Below, piece by piece: positions 48,060-58,248 of a stretch of DNA of 64,000 nucleotides; the stretch's first letter is position 1, and every line of letters begins with the position of its first letter. The DNA comes from a virus (taxonomy: Duplodnaviria; Caudoviricetes): positions 1 through 64,000 of the IMG/VR virus record IMGVR_UViG_3300032227_001172, one strand, 5' to 3'. Position numbers and translations under genes: made by a program. The notes beneath the pieces were generated by a model that saw only the letters and a program-made list of their open reading frames with translations, was not told the DNA's origin and did no database searches.

Positions 48060-48637
48060 TTATAGCATTTGCTGGTAGAAAACAATCCGGTAAAACAAGT
48101 GCGTGTGAATTTGTTTCCAATGTTTGTTATGGAAATGGCTTAAATAGAATCCAAATATATAATTTTGCTGATCCACTAAAAGAAATGTGCATTAATATTC
48201 TGGGCTTAGAACATTATCAATGTTATGGATCAGATCATGAAAAAAACGAATTAGTCGATTGCTACTGGGACAATAAACAATTAACAGCTAGAGAAGTAAT
48301 GCAATTAGTTGGTACTAATATGTTCCGTGCCTTACAGCACAACGTTTGGTCTGAAGCCACAATACGCAGAATTCAAAAGGATAAATTTGATCTAGCTTTG
48401 ATTGCAGATTGTCGTTTTCCTAATGAGGTAGAAGCCATAAAAAAAGCCGGTGGATTGGTCATCAAATTAAATAGAAATTTATATAACTCTACCCATGAAA
48501 GTGAAAAAGCTTTAGATCCAGATCAATACGACAGTAGTAATTTTGATTTGGTTATAAATAACCAAGATATCTCAACAGCAACAAAAAATAATCTAATATA
48601 TAATTTCCTATTACAAAAAGGGGTGCTATTATCATAA
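48056..48637 (+). CDS. deoxynucleoside monophosphate kinase
   Basis: GRKQSGKT, FADPLK, REVMQLVGT, DCRFPNE, HESE. Confidence 0.9.
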   Translation: MIIAFAGRKQSGKTSACEFVSNVCYGNGLNRIQIYNFADPLKEMCINILGLEHYQCYGSDHEKNELVDCYWDNKQLTAREVMQLVGTNMFRALQHNVWSEATIRRIQKDKFDLALIADCRFPNEVEAIKKAGGLVIKLNRNLYNSTHESEKALDPDQYDSSNFDLVINNQDISTATKNNLIYNFLLQKGVLLS

Positions 48638-49674
48638 TTACTTACTTAAGAAGTAGTTCATATGGAACACACTCTATGTGTCCGATGCAATATTTTATAG
48701 AATATAATTTAGGTATGAAGTCTCCGTCCAATAAAAAAGCAGATAAAGGCACTATATGCCATAAGGTTTTTGAAATTTTAGCTTTCATTAAGTTAAATAA
48801 GCAAAATAACAGCAAATATTTTGAAGACGATATTGTAGGAAATATTGATATTACAAATTATAGTTTATCTGAACTGATAGAACAAGTATATAACTATTAT
48901 ACATCTCGTTTTACTCATCATGAGTGGACACCTAAAGACTTTAAAGACTGCACTAATTGGATTCATAAGGCTTTAGATTATGGAAACGGAATGTTCGATC
49001 CACGCAATAGAGATATTATATGTCCAGAACAACATTTTGATATACCCATTACTAAAGACTGGGCAAAATATGACTATCCTACCAAAGAAGGTCGATTAAA
49101 AGGAACACTGGGTATAAAAGGGACTATTGATCTTATTACAAAAGTTAACGACGAGACCTACGAAATCATAGACTGGAAAACAGGTAGGAGGCTTGATTGG
49201 GCTACTGGTGAAGAAAAAACATTAAATAAGTTACATTCTGATCCACAATTAATGTTATATTATTATGCTATTCATCAATTATATCCTCATATAAAATATA
49301 TTATTGTTTCTATTAATTTTATTAATGATGGAGGCATGTTCTCGGTGTGTTTCAATCAGTCACATCTTTATCAGGTTGAAATGATGCTAAAACAAAAATT
49401 TGAGACCATAAAAAATACTAATAATCCACCATTAAATAAAAGCTGGAAATGTAGTAAATTATGTCATTTTGGTAAAAATAGTTTCGCCAATACAAATCAT
49501 GCACCACTTATAGAATATAGAAAAAATCAAACTATTCCTATAGGTAACACAATGACTATTTGTGAACAAATCAAACACGACATTGGTATCAAGGGTATGA
49601 ACAATGTGATTGACGAGTATCAGACACCAGGATATAATATAGGACAGTACAAAGCCCCTGGAAGTGCAGAATAA
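48631..49674 (+). CDS. PD-(D/E)XK Cas4/AddB-like exonuclease, probable ATC/ATA start
   Basis: SSSYGTHSMCP, GTICH, GTIDL, IIDWKTG, QLMLY, CxxLC..C; frame is open upstream of ATG 48676. Confidence 0.85.
   Translation: MIITYLRSSSYGTHSMCPMQYFIEYNLGMKSPSNKKADKGTICHKVFEILAFIKLNKQNNSKYFEDDIVGNIDITNYSLSELIEQVYNYYTSRFTHHEWTPKDFKDCTNWIHKALDYGNGMFDPRNRDIICPEQHFDIPITKDWAKYDYPTKEGRLKGTLGIKGTIDLITKVNDETYEIIDWKTGRRLDWATGEEKTLNKLHSDPQLMLYYYAIHQLYPHIKYIIVSINFINDGGMFSVCFNQSHLYQVEMMLKQKFETIKNTNNPPLNKSWKCSKLCHFGKNSFANTNHAPLIEYRKNQTIPIGNTMTICEQIKHDIGIKGMNNVIDEYQTPGYNIGQYKAPGSAE
49610..49638 (+). promoter_or_regulatory. sigma70-like promoter TTGACG-N17-TATAAT inside the 3' end of the nuclease gene
   Basis: Near-consensus; ~70 nt upstream of dnaE-N. 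Confidence 0.6.
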
Positions 49675-49709
49675 ATCAAATTACTTATGATTGGTGAGTC
49701 ATTCATTTT

Positions 49710-51584
49710 ATGAAGAAATATATCCCTTTGCACGTACATTCTATGTACAGCTTATTGGACGGTTTGTCTAAACCAGATCAAATTGCTGATAGATGTATAG
49801 AAATAGACGCTAAATCATGTGCTTTAACAGATCATGGTAATATCGCCGGTGCTGTTAAATTTTATACTCAGATGAAAAAAAGAGGTATAAAACCAATACT
49901 GGGTTGTGAACTATACATTAGCGACAATGATGCTTCTATACAAGATAAAAATAATAAAAAATTGAGCCATTTTATAGTATTGGCTAAAAACTATCATGGA
50001 TGGCAAACCTTAATTAAAATTGTATCCGAATCAAATAAACCTGAATTTTATTATCATAAACCAAGACTAGATCTTAATCGTCTAGGAGAATTACTGGATG
50101 GTAATTTGATAGGTTTTTGTGGACATCTAGGATCAACCCTCGCAGATAAGTTGGTTATCGGAGATACTATATCTAATGACTGGAGAAACATTGGTCTAGA
50201 ATATATTGGTAAATTTAAAGATATATTTGGTAAAGAAAATTTTTTCTTAGAATCTCAATTAATGGATAAAGATAATTTATCCGTACAATCTCCTTTGACT
50301 GATTGTATTAGAGAATTAGCCAAATTAACTAATACGAAAGTTATTTGTACTCCAGACGCACATTATTGCAGACGTTCTGATGCTGTTGATCAAAGAGTAT
50401 TGCTATGCAATAATCTAAAGACTACATTGCCAGAGATCAATAGAAAATTAAATAATAATGAAGAGATAGGACTAAGTGCATTTTTCCATTCAGAAAATTT
50501 TCATATTTTATCTCAAGAAGAAATTCATACTCTCCATACCCAAGAAGAAATCAATAATACAAATATTGTTGATGACATGTGTGAAGAATATGATATTTTA
50601 AGTAAGCCAAACCTACCTCCATTTGATTGTCCGGATGGCTATGATGACGCTGAATATCTGAGACAGTTATGTAGAAACGGATGGAAAACCAAAATAGCCA
50701 ACACCGTTCCTGCTGAAGACCAACAAGCTTATATAGATAGAATCAAATATGAACTAGACGTATTACAGGGGGCTAACTTGTCTAGTTATTTTTTGATCGT
50801 TCAAGATATAGTTAATTATGTTAGAGGTAATAATTGGTTGCCTGGACCCGGTAGAGGTTCTGCTGCTGGTTGTTTAGTTTCATATTTAATAGGTATTACT
50901 AATATAGATCCCATTAAATATAATCTTATGTTTGATAGGTTCTATAATGCTGGCCGTAATACTAAAGAACACATATCAATGCCAGATATAGATGTGGATG
51001 TTCCGATTAATAAACGAGAAGATATTATTCAGTATATTAAAAATAGATATGGTATTGACAAAGTATCTCAAATGATTACATTCAATACTATTAAAGGCAG
51101 AGGCGCTTTAAAAGATGTATTGAGAGTATATGGTAATATTTCTTTCGAAGAAATGAATAGAATTACCAAAAATATACCAGATGAAGCTAAAATTGCAGAC
51201 GAATTGCAAGTCATGAAAGACGAAACAGGAGAGGCATCCATTATTAGATGGGCCTTAGAAAATAATGCTGATAAGCTCAAAGAATGGTGTTTCATAGACC
51301 AACAAGGAGAATTGCAAGGACCGCTTGCCAAAAGGTTTGAACAGGCTATAAGATTAGAAGGCGTGAAGTCAAACCAATCTAAACACGCAGCGGGTATTGC
51401 TATTAGTTCTCAAACATTAAGCGATATTTGTCCGATGGTATATGATTCCAAAAACGATCAGATGATTGCTGGTATGGAAATGCAAGATCTAGAAGCAATT
51501 GGCATTATTAAGTTTGATATTCTCGGAGTAGCGATGTTAGACAAAATTATGACTATTCAAGATTTATTAAAAGAAGGAGACTAA
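49710..51584 (+). CDS. dnaE: DNA polymerase III alpha, N-terminal part (PHP, palm, thumb)
   Basis: LHVHSMYSLLDG, TDHG, GCE, DAHY, GRGSAAG, PDIDVD, HAAG, KFDILG, then stop. Confidence 0.95.
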   Translation: MKKYIPLHVHSMYSLLDGLSKPDQIADRCIEIDAKSCALTDHGNIAGAVKFYTQMKKRGIKPILGCELYISDNDASIQDKNNKKLSHFIVLAKNYHGWQTLIKIVSESNKPEFYYHKPRLDLNRLGELLDGNLIGFCGHLGSTLADKLVIGDTISNDWRNIGLEYIGKFKDIFGKENFFLESQLMDKDNLSVQSPLTDCIRELAKLTNTKVICTPDAHYCRRSDAVDQRVLLCNNLKTTLPEINRKLNNNEEIGLSAFFHSENFHILSQEEIHTLHTQEEINNTNIVDDMCEEYDILSKPNLPPFDCPDGYDDAEYLRQLCRNGWKTKIANTVPAEDQQAYIDRIKYELDVLQGANLSSYFLIVQDIVNYVRGNNWLPGPGRGSAAGCLVSYLIGITNIDPIKYNLMFDRFYNAGRNTKEHISMPDIDVDVPINKREDIIQYIKNRYGIDKVSQMITFNTIKGRGALKDVLRVYGNISFEEMNRITKNIPDEAKIADELQVMKDETGEASIIRWALENNADKLKEWCFIDQQGELQGPLAKRFEQAIRLEGVKSNQSKHAAGIAISSQTLSDICPMVYDSKNDQMIAGMEMQDLEAIGIIKFDILGVAMLDKIMTIQDLLKEGD

Positions 51585-51585
51585 A

Positions 51586-51771
51586 ATGTCCACAACACAG
51601 AAATTTGTAGATATTGCTATTGGCACTAAATTTAAGTTTGACAATAAAGAATATGTAAAGATTAAAGATCAAAGAGTAACATGTTGTAAAGTTTTTAATG
51701 CTACATTACCCGATGACCCCAATCAAAAGTTTTTTATTGTTCCAATTAGCGAGGTAGAAATTATCAACTAA
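51586..51771 (+). CDS. 61-aa hypothetical protein inside the split dnaE locus
   Basis: GGAG RBS; TAATG coupling to the exonuclease. Confidence 0.75.
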   Translation: MSTTQKFVDIAIGTKFKFDNKEYVKIKDQRVTCCKVFNATLPDDPNQKFFIVPISEVEIIN

Positions 51772-52457
51772 TGATTAATTATAACAAAATTTGCGTATTT
51801 GATTTTGAAACAGACGGTACTGATACTAGTTCATGTAGCCCAGTGCAGTTAGCCGCTGTCATTATTGATCCTCTTAAATTAGAAGTGATTGCCAATTCCG
51901 AATTTAACATCTATTTTAAACCAGAAGTGTTAGAGAAGGATCCAAAATATGAGTATACGACAGATGTTGTAGATTTTCATGCAAAAGTTCAGGGCTGTTC
52001 AAAAGCAGATATCATGGATAGATGGCTACAATATCCATCACAAGAGCATTCTTGGAAAATGTTTGTAGATTATTTAGATAAATATCATACCCGAACATCA
52101 AAGAAAAGTCAGTTTTCTGCACCAATAGCAGCTGGATATAATATATATAGATTTGATCTTCCTATAGTTGATAGACTAAGCAAAAAATATGGGAATACTA
52201 ATAAAGAAAATAGATCAGACATATTTTATCCTAGAGACGTAATAGATATTATTAATTTAGTATTTTATTGGTTTGAACATAATAGTGAATTGAAAAGCTA
52301 TACATTGGATTCTTTAAGAGATTACCTCGGTATTTCTAAAGAAGGGGCACACGATGCTGTCAAGGATATTAGAGATAGTGCAGAAGTCTTGATCAGATTT
52401 ATGAAACTGCATAGGCGTTTATCTAACAGTATAAAGTTTAAGGATTCGTTTAAATGA
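51771..52457 (+). CDS. DEDDh 3'-5' exonuclease (DnaQ-like)
   Basis: FDFET, GYNIYRFD, HDAVKD. Confidence 0.92.
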   Translation: MINYNKICVFDFETDGTDTSSCSPVQLAAVIIDPLKLEVIANSEFNIYFKPEVLEKDPKYEYTTDVVDFHAKVQGCSKADIMDRWLQYPSQEHSWKMFVDYLDKYHTRTSKKSQFSAPIAAGYNIYRFDLPIVDRLSKKYGNTNKENRSDIFYPRDVIDIINLVFYWFEHNSELKSYTLDSLRDYLGISKEGAHDAVKDIRDSAEVLIRFMKLHRRLSNSIKFKDSFK

Positions 52458-54067
52458 AACATTTTGCTTACTCTTGTGGTTGTAGTTTTGATGTTATAGA
52501 TGATAGCAATCTTAAGATAAATTTTGATCCTGTTCATCACCCAATAAACTTTGATTGCAAAAAAACATGGGATTTGATATCTGATGGGAATACTAAGGGG
52601 TGTTTCCAATTAGAATCTAGGCTTGGTAAATCAATGGCGAAAAAGCTCAAGCCAGAGAATATAGAACAATTATCCGCTTTAATTTCTATATTACGTCCGG
52701 GTTGTTTAGAGGCGATTAGAGATGGTAAAAGCGTAAGTAACCATTATATAGATAAAAAAAATGGACAAGAGTCGGTCGATTACTATCATCCGTCATTAAA
52801 AAATGTACTACATGCCACATTCGGCGAAATGATTTATCAAGAACAGGCCATGGAAATAGCCAAACATATTGCTGGATTCGATTTGCAAGAAGCAGACAAC
52901 CTAAGAAAAGCTATTGGCAAAAAGAAACCAGAAGAAATGGCAAAACTGAAATTAAAATTTATGCTTGGAACTAAAGCACTCAAAATTGTAAATGATAATG
53001 AGGCTGAAGAAATTTTCGGATGGATTGAAAAAAGCCAAAGATATAGCTTTAATAAGAGTCATGCCGTAAGTTATGCCGTCAACGCATATTTATCTGCTTA
53101 TACTAAAGCACATTTTCCTCGTATTTTTTTTGCATCTTATTTGAGATTTGCTAAAGATAAAATTGATCCTAAAGCTGAGATCAAAGCTCTGGTACAAAAT
53201 GCCACAGAAATGGACATCTTAGTCTGTGTGCCAGATATTAGAAATTTAAATGAATTATTCATAATGAAGAATAAAAAAATATATTTTGGTTTAACAGATA
53301 TTAAGGGTTTTGGTCAGTCTGTATATAAGAAACTGATTGCTTTGGTTAAAGATCAGTCAATTAATTTTGATAATATAAGCTGGTCAGAGTTTGTTGTTAA
53401 GATATTAGTTAATCTAAACTCCATTGCAGCTAAATCTTTAATAGAAAGTGGTGCTTTGGATTATTTCAAAATGACCAGAACATCTATGCTGTTAGAGTTA
53501 AGTTTGGTTTCAGAATTAACAAAAAAAGAAGTAGAGTTTGTAAATCATAATTTAGTGGGATGCAGATCGATTTATGAGTGCTTATATAAATTATGTCATA
53601 ATGCTAAATTAACATCTCGTAGAAAAACTATTATTGAAGGATTATTAAATACATTATCTAATCCACCATATTCATTGGAAGATAGTCCTGAATGGATTTC
53701 TGATACCGAAGAAGAAGCATTGGGTTGTAGTATTACTTGTTCTAAAGTAGACATGTATGATATTGGAATGACAAATTGTAATTGTAAAGATTTTAAAAAT
53801 ACTCTATTAAATGATATCATTTTATGTGGAGAAATTTCTACTATTAGTGTTACTAAAACTAAGACAGGAAAAAACCCCGGATCAGAAATGGCCTTTGTAT
53901 CATTATCAGATAGTTATGGTCTAATAGATAGTGTAATATTTTTTCCAGAAGCATATAAAGAATGTCGTAATATTTTATTCGATAATAATGTAATTATTGT
54001 TAAAGGTAAAAAAAGTAAAAATGGCGATTCATTAATTGTCGAAAAGGCATTTATTCCGAAAACTTGA
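52454..54067 (+). CDS. dnaE: DNA polymerase III alpha, C-terminal part (fingers, HhH, OB)
   Basis: GCFQLES, LRPG, IYQEQ, ADNLRKAIGKKK, YSFNKSHA, FGLTDIKG, LIESGALD, MAFVSLSD. Confidence 0.95.
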   Translation: MKHFAYSCGCSFDVIDDSNLKINFDPVHHPINFDCKKTWDLISDGNTKGCFQLESRLGKSMAKKLKPENIEQLSALISILRPGCLEAIRDGKSVSNHYIDKKNGQESVDYYHPSLKNVLHATFGEMIYQEQAMEIAKHIAGFDLQEADNLRKAIGKKKPEEMAKLKLKFMLGTKALKIVNDNEAEEIFGWIEKSQRYSFNKSHAVSYAVNAYLSAYTKAHFPRIFFASYLRFAKDKIDPKAEIKALVQNATEMDILVCVPDIRNLNELFIMKNKKIYFGLTDIKGFGQSVYKKLIALVKDQSINFDNISWSEFVVKILVNLNSIAAKSLIESGALDYFKMTRTSMLLELSLVSELTKKEVEFVNHNLVGCRSIYECLYKLCHNAKLTSRRKTIIEGLLNTLSNPPYSLEDSPEWISDTEEEALGCSITCSKVDMYDIGMTNCNCKDFKNTLLNDIILCGEISTISVTKTKTGKNPGSEMAFVSLSDSYGLIDSVIFFPEAYKECRNILFDNNVIIVKGKKSKNGDSLIVEKAFIPKT

Positions 54068-54092
54068 CATCGTTGCGTTGGCGATGTATAAT
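54064..54092 (+). promoter_or_regulatory. consensus sigma70 promoter TTGACA-N17-TATAAT
   Basis: Perfect consensus upstream of ssb. Confidence 0.85.
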
Positions 54093-54132
54093 ATGGTGTA
54101 GTTTGGTCAATTTTTCAATTTAGGAGAATTCG

Positions 54133-54501
54133 ATGAATATTAATCTTCTTCGTGGTAATTTAGCTCGTGATCCAGAAGTGCGAACTGTTAGTACTGGTAA
54201 TGGTAAACAAACATCTGTAGTTAATTTTACTATTGCTGTGTCTAGGGAATATGTAAAGGCTAGTGGTGAGAAGGATAAGATTACCACATTTGTGCCTTGC
54301 GAAGCGTGGGATACTGGCGCCGAAATTATAGGTGAGTCATTTAAGAAGGGCGATCTAGTAATGGTAGAAGGATCGTTACGCAATGATTCATGGGAAAAGG
54401 ATGGAGTTAAGCATAATTCTCTAAAAGTTAGAGTAAATAATTTCTCCAAGATTACAAAGCTTTCACGACAAAGCAAGGATAAAGAAGAAGTCGCGTTCTA
54501 A
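54133..54501 (+). CDS. ssb: single-stranded DNA-binding protein
   Basis: GNLARDPE, FTIAV, W, KKGDLVMVEGSL; acidic tail EEVAF. Confidence 0.95.
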   Translation: MNINLLRGNLARDPEVRTVSTGNGKQTSVVNFTIAVSREYVKASGEKDKITTFVPCEAWDTGAEIIGESFKKGDLVMVEGSLRNDSWEKDGVKHNSLKVRVNNFSKITKLSRQSKDKEEVAF

Positions 54502-54526
54502 TTGTCAGAATATCACTAAGTGGATT

Positions 54527-54555
54527 GGGCGTATAAATTTCTATACGCCCTTTCT
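54527..54555 (+). terminator. hairpin / probable intrinsic terminator after ssb
   Basis: Perfect 9-bp stem GGGCGTATA / TATACGCCC followed by TTTCT. Confidence 0.75.
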
Positions 54556-54578
54556 CCTTAATAAGGACCAATATCAGT

Positions 54579-56240
54579 ATGTCTAATAAAAAACTCAGAG
54601 TGTTGATGGTTTCCGAAGCTAGTTTTTTGAGTTCGGGATTCGGTACTTACGCCAAAGAAATCCTCTCAAGATTGCATAATACTGGAAAGTATGAGATTGC
54701 AGAATTAGCCTGTTATGGTAAAGTTAACGATCCTAAAGACGTAGGTATACATTGGAGATATTACGCTAATGCCGTAAATGCCAATGACCCAAGACATGAA
54801 CAGTATAGTCCTTTAGAGAATCAATTTGGCAAGTGGAGATTTGAGAGAACACTATTAGATTTTCGTCCAGACATAGTGATCGATGTTAGAGACTATTGGA
54901 TGAATTCTTATCAACAGTTTTCTCCCCTAAGACCATTCTTTCACTGGATACTGATGCCAACAGTAGACTCTGCTCCACAACAAGAAGAATGGATAGATAC
55001 ATTTTTACATGCTGATGCGGTTTTTACATATTCTGATTTTGGTCGAGACACCCTGGCTAATCAAAGTTTTAATAAGATTAATTATATCGATACCACATCT
55101 CCAGGTGTAAGTTTAGATGTATTTCAACCATTACCGAATCGTTCGGAAATTAAAAAGGCTCTGGGCTTAGAAGATAAGTTTATTATAGGATCAGTTATGC
55201 GTAATCAAAAACGTAAACTGATTCCGGAACTTTTTACAGCGTTCAAAAAACTGTTAAAAGATCTACAAGAATCCAATAATCCAGCTGGTGAAAACATATA
55301 TTTATATTTACATACCAGCTATCCAGATGCCGGATGGGATATTCCTCAATTATTAAAGGAATATGAAGTTGGCAATCGTGTCCTATTCACATATTCATGC
55401 AAAAATTGTTCATTCTTTAGACCCTGTCTATACAATCATCCTTTGACATTTTGTCCAAAGTGTGGCACTAAGTCATTTTCTATGCCAAACGTTAGTGCTG
55501 GTATTACTCAACAAGATCTTAATATTTTAATGAATACTTTTGATCTTTATGTTCAGTATGCTATATGCGAAGGTTTTGGCATGCCACAAGTTGAAGCAGC
55601 ATCAGCTGGGGTACCAATAGCTTCTGTAGACTATAGCGCAATGAACGACGTGGTTTATAAACTTAAAGGCTATCCTATAAAAGTTAATCAATATTTCAAA
55701 GAACTAGAAACTAAAGCTATCAGAGTTTATCCTGACAATGAAGATCTTGTTAGAATTATTAAAGACTATATTAGTATGCCTAATATTTTACGAGAACAAA
55801 AAAGACACGAAACCAGAAAATTAACAGAACAACATTATAACTGGGATAATATTGCTAAAAAATGGGAACATTATTTAGATAATATAAAATTAACTGGTCT
55901 ACAGGGTCAATGGTCAAGCCATCTCAAGCATATTCAACCGGTAACTAATATGAATAAGGATGGGAATCCATATGATACAATTATAGATTGGGTTTCTCAA
56001 AACATGACAGGCCATCAGCTATTAACTTCTAAGTTATTACTTAATATGATTAGAGATCTTGATTATGGTTTTACTATTAATGGTATGAGTACTCAAAACT
56101 ATAGTATTGATAATGTTAAGAAGAGCTTGGAGGTAATGATCAATAATCATAATACCGCCATGGTTGCAAAAGACAATCCACAATTGTTACCAACAGAAGA
56201 TTATATAGACTATGCTAATATGAAGGATGCTACTAAATGA
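54579..56240 (+). CDS. GT-B (GT4-like) glycosyltransferase with an inserted Zn ribbon
   Basis: SGFG, RNQKRK, CKNC...CPKCG insert, EGFGMPQVEA. Confidence 0.88.
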   Translation: MSNKKLRVLMVSEASFLSSGFGTYAKEILSRLHNTGKYEIAELACYGKVNDPKDVGIHWRYYANAVNANDPRHEQYSPLENQFGKWRFERTLLDFRPDIVIDVRDYWMNSYQQFSPLRPFFHWILMPTVDSAPQQEEWIDTFLHADAVFTYSDFGRDTLANQSFNKINYIDTTSPGVSLDVFQPLPNRSEIKKALGLEDKFIIGSVMRNQKRKLIPELFTAFKKLLKDLQESNNPAGENIYLYLHTSYPDAGWDIPQLLKEYEVGNRVLFTYSCKNCSFFRPCLYNHPLTFCPKCGTKSFSMPNVSAGITQQDLNILMNTFDLYVQYAICEGFGMPQVEAASAGVPIASVDYSAMNDVVYKLKGYPIKVNQYFKELETKAIRVYPDNEDLVRIIKDYISMPNILREQKRHETRKLTEQHYNWDNIAKKWEHYLDNIKLTGLQGQWSSHLKHIQPVTNMNKDGNPYDTIIDWVSQNMTGHQLLTSKLLLNMIRDLDYGFTINGMSTQNYSIDNVKKSLEVMINNHNTAMVAKDNPQLLPTEDYIDYANMKDATK

Positions 56241-57358
56241 ACGGACTATTTATAGGACCATATCGTCAAAATGATGGCTGGGGTATGGCTAGTAGAGATT
56301 ATATTAAAGCTATATCAACTCAAATCCCAAACTTAACAACTAGACCTATATATTTTACTAATAATACTATAGATATAGAGTCTGATATTTCTAAACATGA
56401 AAAAATACTATCTAAAAACTATGATATTGTTTTCCAAAAAACGCTTCCTCACTGTTTAGCTATTAATAAAAGTATTAAAAAGAATGTGGCTCTTTTTGTT
56501 TTAGAAACTAATGACATCTCCAATTCTAGTTGTATTAATAATCTTAATCAGATAGACGAGATTTGTGTTCCGTCTTCTCAAGAAGAAAAGTGTCTTAAAT
56601 TATCTGGAGTAACAACACCTATCAAGGTGGTTTCAGAACCCATTAATACAGACTTTTATAATACTAATCGTAATCATAAAATAGATTTACCTAAAAATAT
56701 AGAAAAAAGCTTTAAGTTTTATACTATTGGAGAGTTTGTAGAACGTAAAAATTTCTTAGATTTAATTACTGCTTTTCATTTAGCCTTTGAGCCAACAGAC
56801 AATGTTTCATTAGTAATTAAGACACATAGACCAGGATCATCTTCGGCTGACTCATTAAAATATATTCAACAGGTAATATATAATCATAAACGTAAGCTTA
56901 ATATTAGACAGATTTATCAACAGGAAATATTGATTTGTGATAGATTATCTGATTTAGATATGATAGGATTGCATAATGCGTGTGATTGTTTTGTGATGCC
57001 TTCATGCGGAGAAGCATTTTGCAGACCAGCTGCTGAAGCATTAGTTCTAGGTAAAACTCCTATTGTTACAGACAACACCGGTATGATAGATTTTATCAAT
57101 AATACCAATGGTTTTGTTGTTAATAGTCGTAAGCAGCCGGTCATCCTAGAAGAAAGAACACTATCGAATGATTTTGATATCTATAATGCTTATGAATACT
57201 GGTATAAGCCGAATATCTATAGCCTTATAGAATCTATGCAAAAAATTTACCAAATGTCTAAAAAAGACAAAGAAACATATAAAGCCAAGCAACAACACGG
57301 TATAAATTCTATTCAACAATTTAGTTATGAGACTATAGGACAAAAAATATGCATCTAA
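56237..57358 (+). CDS. GT-B (GT4-like) glycosyltransferase
   Basis: DGWG, ERKN, EAFCRPAAEA. Confidence 0.85.
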   Translation: MNGLFIGPYRQNDGWGMASRDYIKAISTQIPNLTTRPIYFTNNTIDIESDISKHEKILSKNYDIVFQKTLPHCLAINKSIKKNVALFVLETNDISNSSCINNLNQIDEICVPSSQEEKCLKLSGVTTPIKVVSEPINTDFYNTNRNHKIDLPKNIEKSFKFYTIGEFVERKNFLDLITAFHLAFEPTDNVSLVIKTHRPGSSSADSLKYIQQVIYNHKRKLNIRQIYQQEILICDRLSDLDMIGLHNACDCFVMPSCGEAFCRPAAEALVLGKTPIVTDNTGMIDFINNTNGFVVNSRKQPVILEERTLSNDFDIYNAYEYWYKPNIYSLIESMQKIYQMSKKDKETYKAKQQHGINSIQQFSYETIGQKICI

Positions 57359-58248
57359 GTTTTATCAATGCTAATATTTTACATCAGGTATTAGAGGATG
57401 ATACTAATATAGTATATAATCCTACTAATAAACTATTCGATAATATACTATATTTAATAGATTTTCGATTTTTTGTGTTTGGGGATTATGTACCAAAAAC
57501 AGATAACTGTACCGCACTATCTCCTGATTATATTGATTTATATAATTATGATATAGCTATTTTTAATGGTATTGTTAATGCATCACAACAAACAGTAAGT
57601 AAAACATTGCATGTTAATACTCTAATTTTTGAACATGATTCAAAAAATAATAGTCTAAAAAAAGAAGATTTGTTGATCTTAAACAATAAAACAAAAGGCA
57701 TTAAAAAGATTTTTTTCGATCAAACCATTTTAAATAGTTGGAATCAATCTGATTCTATTTATCTACCATATGGTATACCAACAAATGTCTTCAAAAATAA
57801 TCTAGAGTATAATGATCGTAAAGATATTTTAATCTACGGCAATCCTATGCTATCACAGCAACTCTATAGTCATTTGCATAATATGCAAAAAAGTTGCTCA
57901 ATCTTAGATTGCTCTCAATTAACTATAGAAGAATTAAATAAAAAGTTTAATAATTATAAGATTGTTATTAATCTTTATAATGATAACTTATTAAGTTTAG
58001 CGGCCCTGGCAGCTGGTTGTCATGTTATTACTTTAGGCAATGCTAATAGTTCGCCTGTTGGTATTTATTCTAAACAATCTATAGAACAAATAGTACAAAC
58101 TCTTAATGATCTGTTAACCAATCAACAAGGCCCAAATAATGAATTGATACAAAAATATTTAGAAGACAATCATAACTTTGACCTGTTTAAAATGAAATTA
58201 TCAGACCTAATCCGTACAACTGCAAAAAGAGAGGCTTTTATATTATGA
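57349..58248 (+). CDS. divergent GT-B-fold protein
   Basis: LPYGIP, YKIVIN, LAALAAGCHVI (EAMAxG-like, but without Glu). Confidence 0.55.
   Translation: MHLSFINANILHQVLEDDTNIVYNPTNKLFDNILYLIDFRFFVFGDYVPKTDNCTALSPDYIDLYNYDIAIFNGIVNASQQTVSKTLHVNTLIFEHDSKNNSLKKEDLLILNNKTKGIKKIFFDQTILNSWNQSDSIYLPYGIPTNVFKNNLEYNDRKDILIYGNPMLSQQLYSHLHNMQKSCSILDCSQLTIEELNKKFNNYKIVINLYNDNLLSLAALAAGCHVITLGNANSSPVGIYSKQSIEQIVQTLNDLLTNQQGPNNELIQKYLEDNHNFDLFKMKLSDLIRTTAKREAFIL

Noticed and set aside
48631-49674. CRISPR-Cas locus around the Cas4-like gene
   Set aside because: No repeat-spacer array or other cas genes seen; solo Cas4-like nucleases are common in phage replication modules
51500-52560. Split intein or intron joining the dnaE halves
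   Set aside because: No intein terminal motifs; the intervening DNA is fully occupied by two coupled genes, leaving no room for a ribozyme
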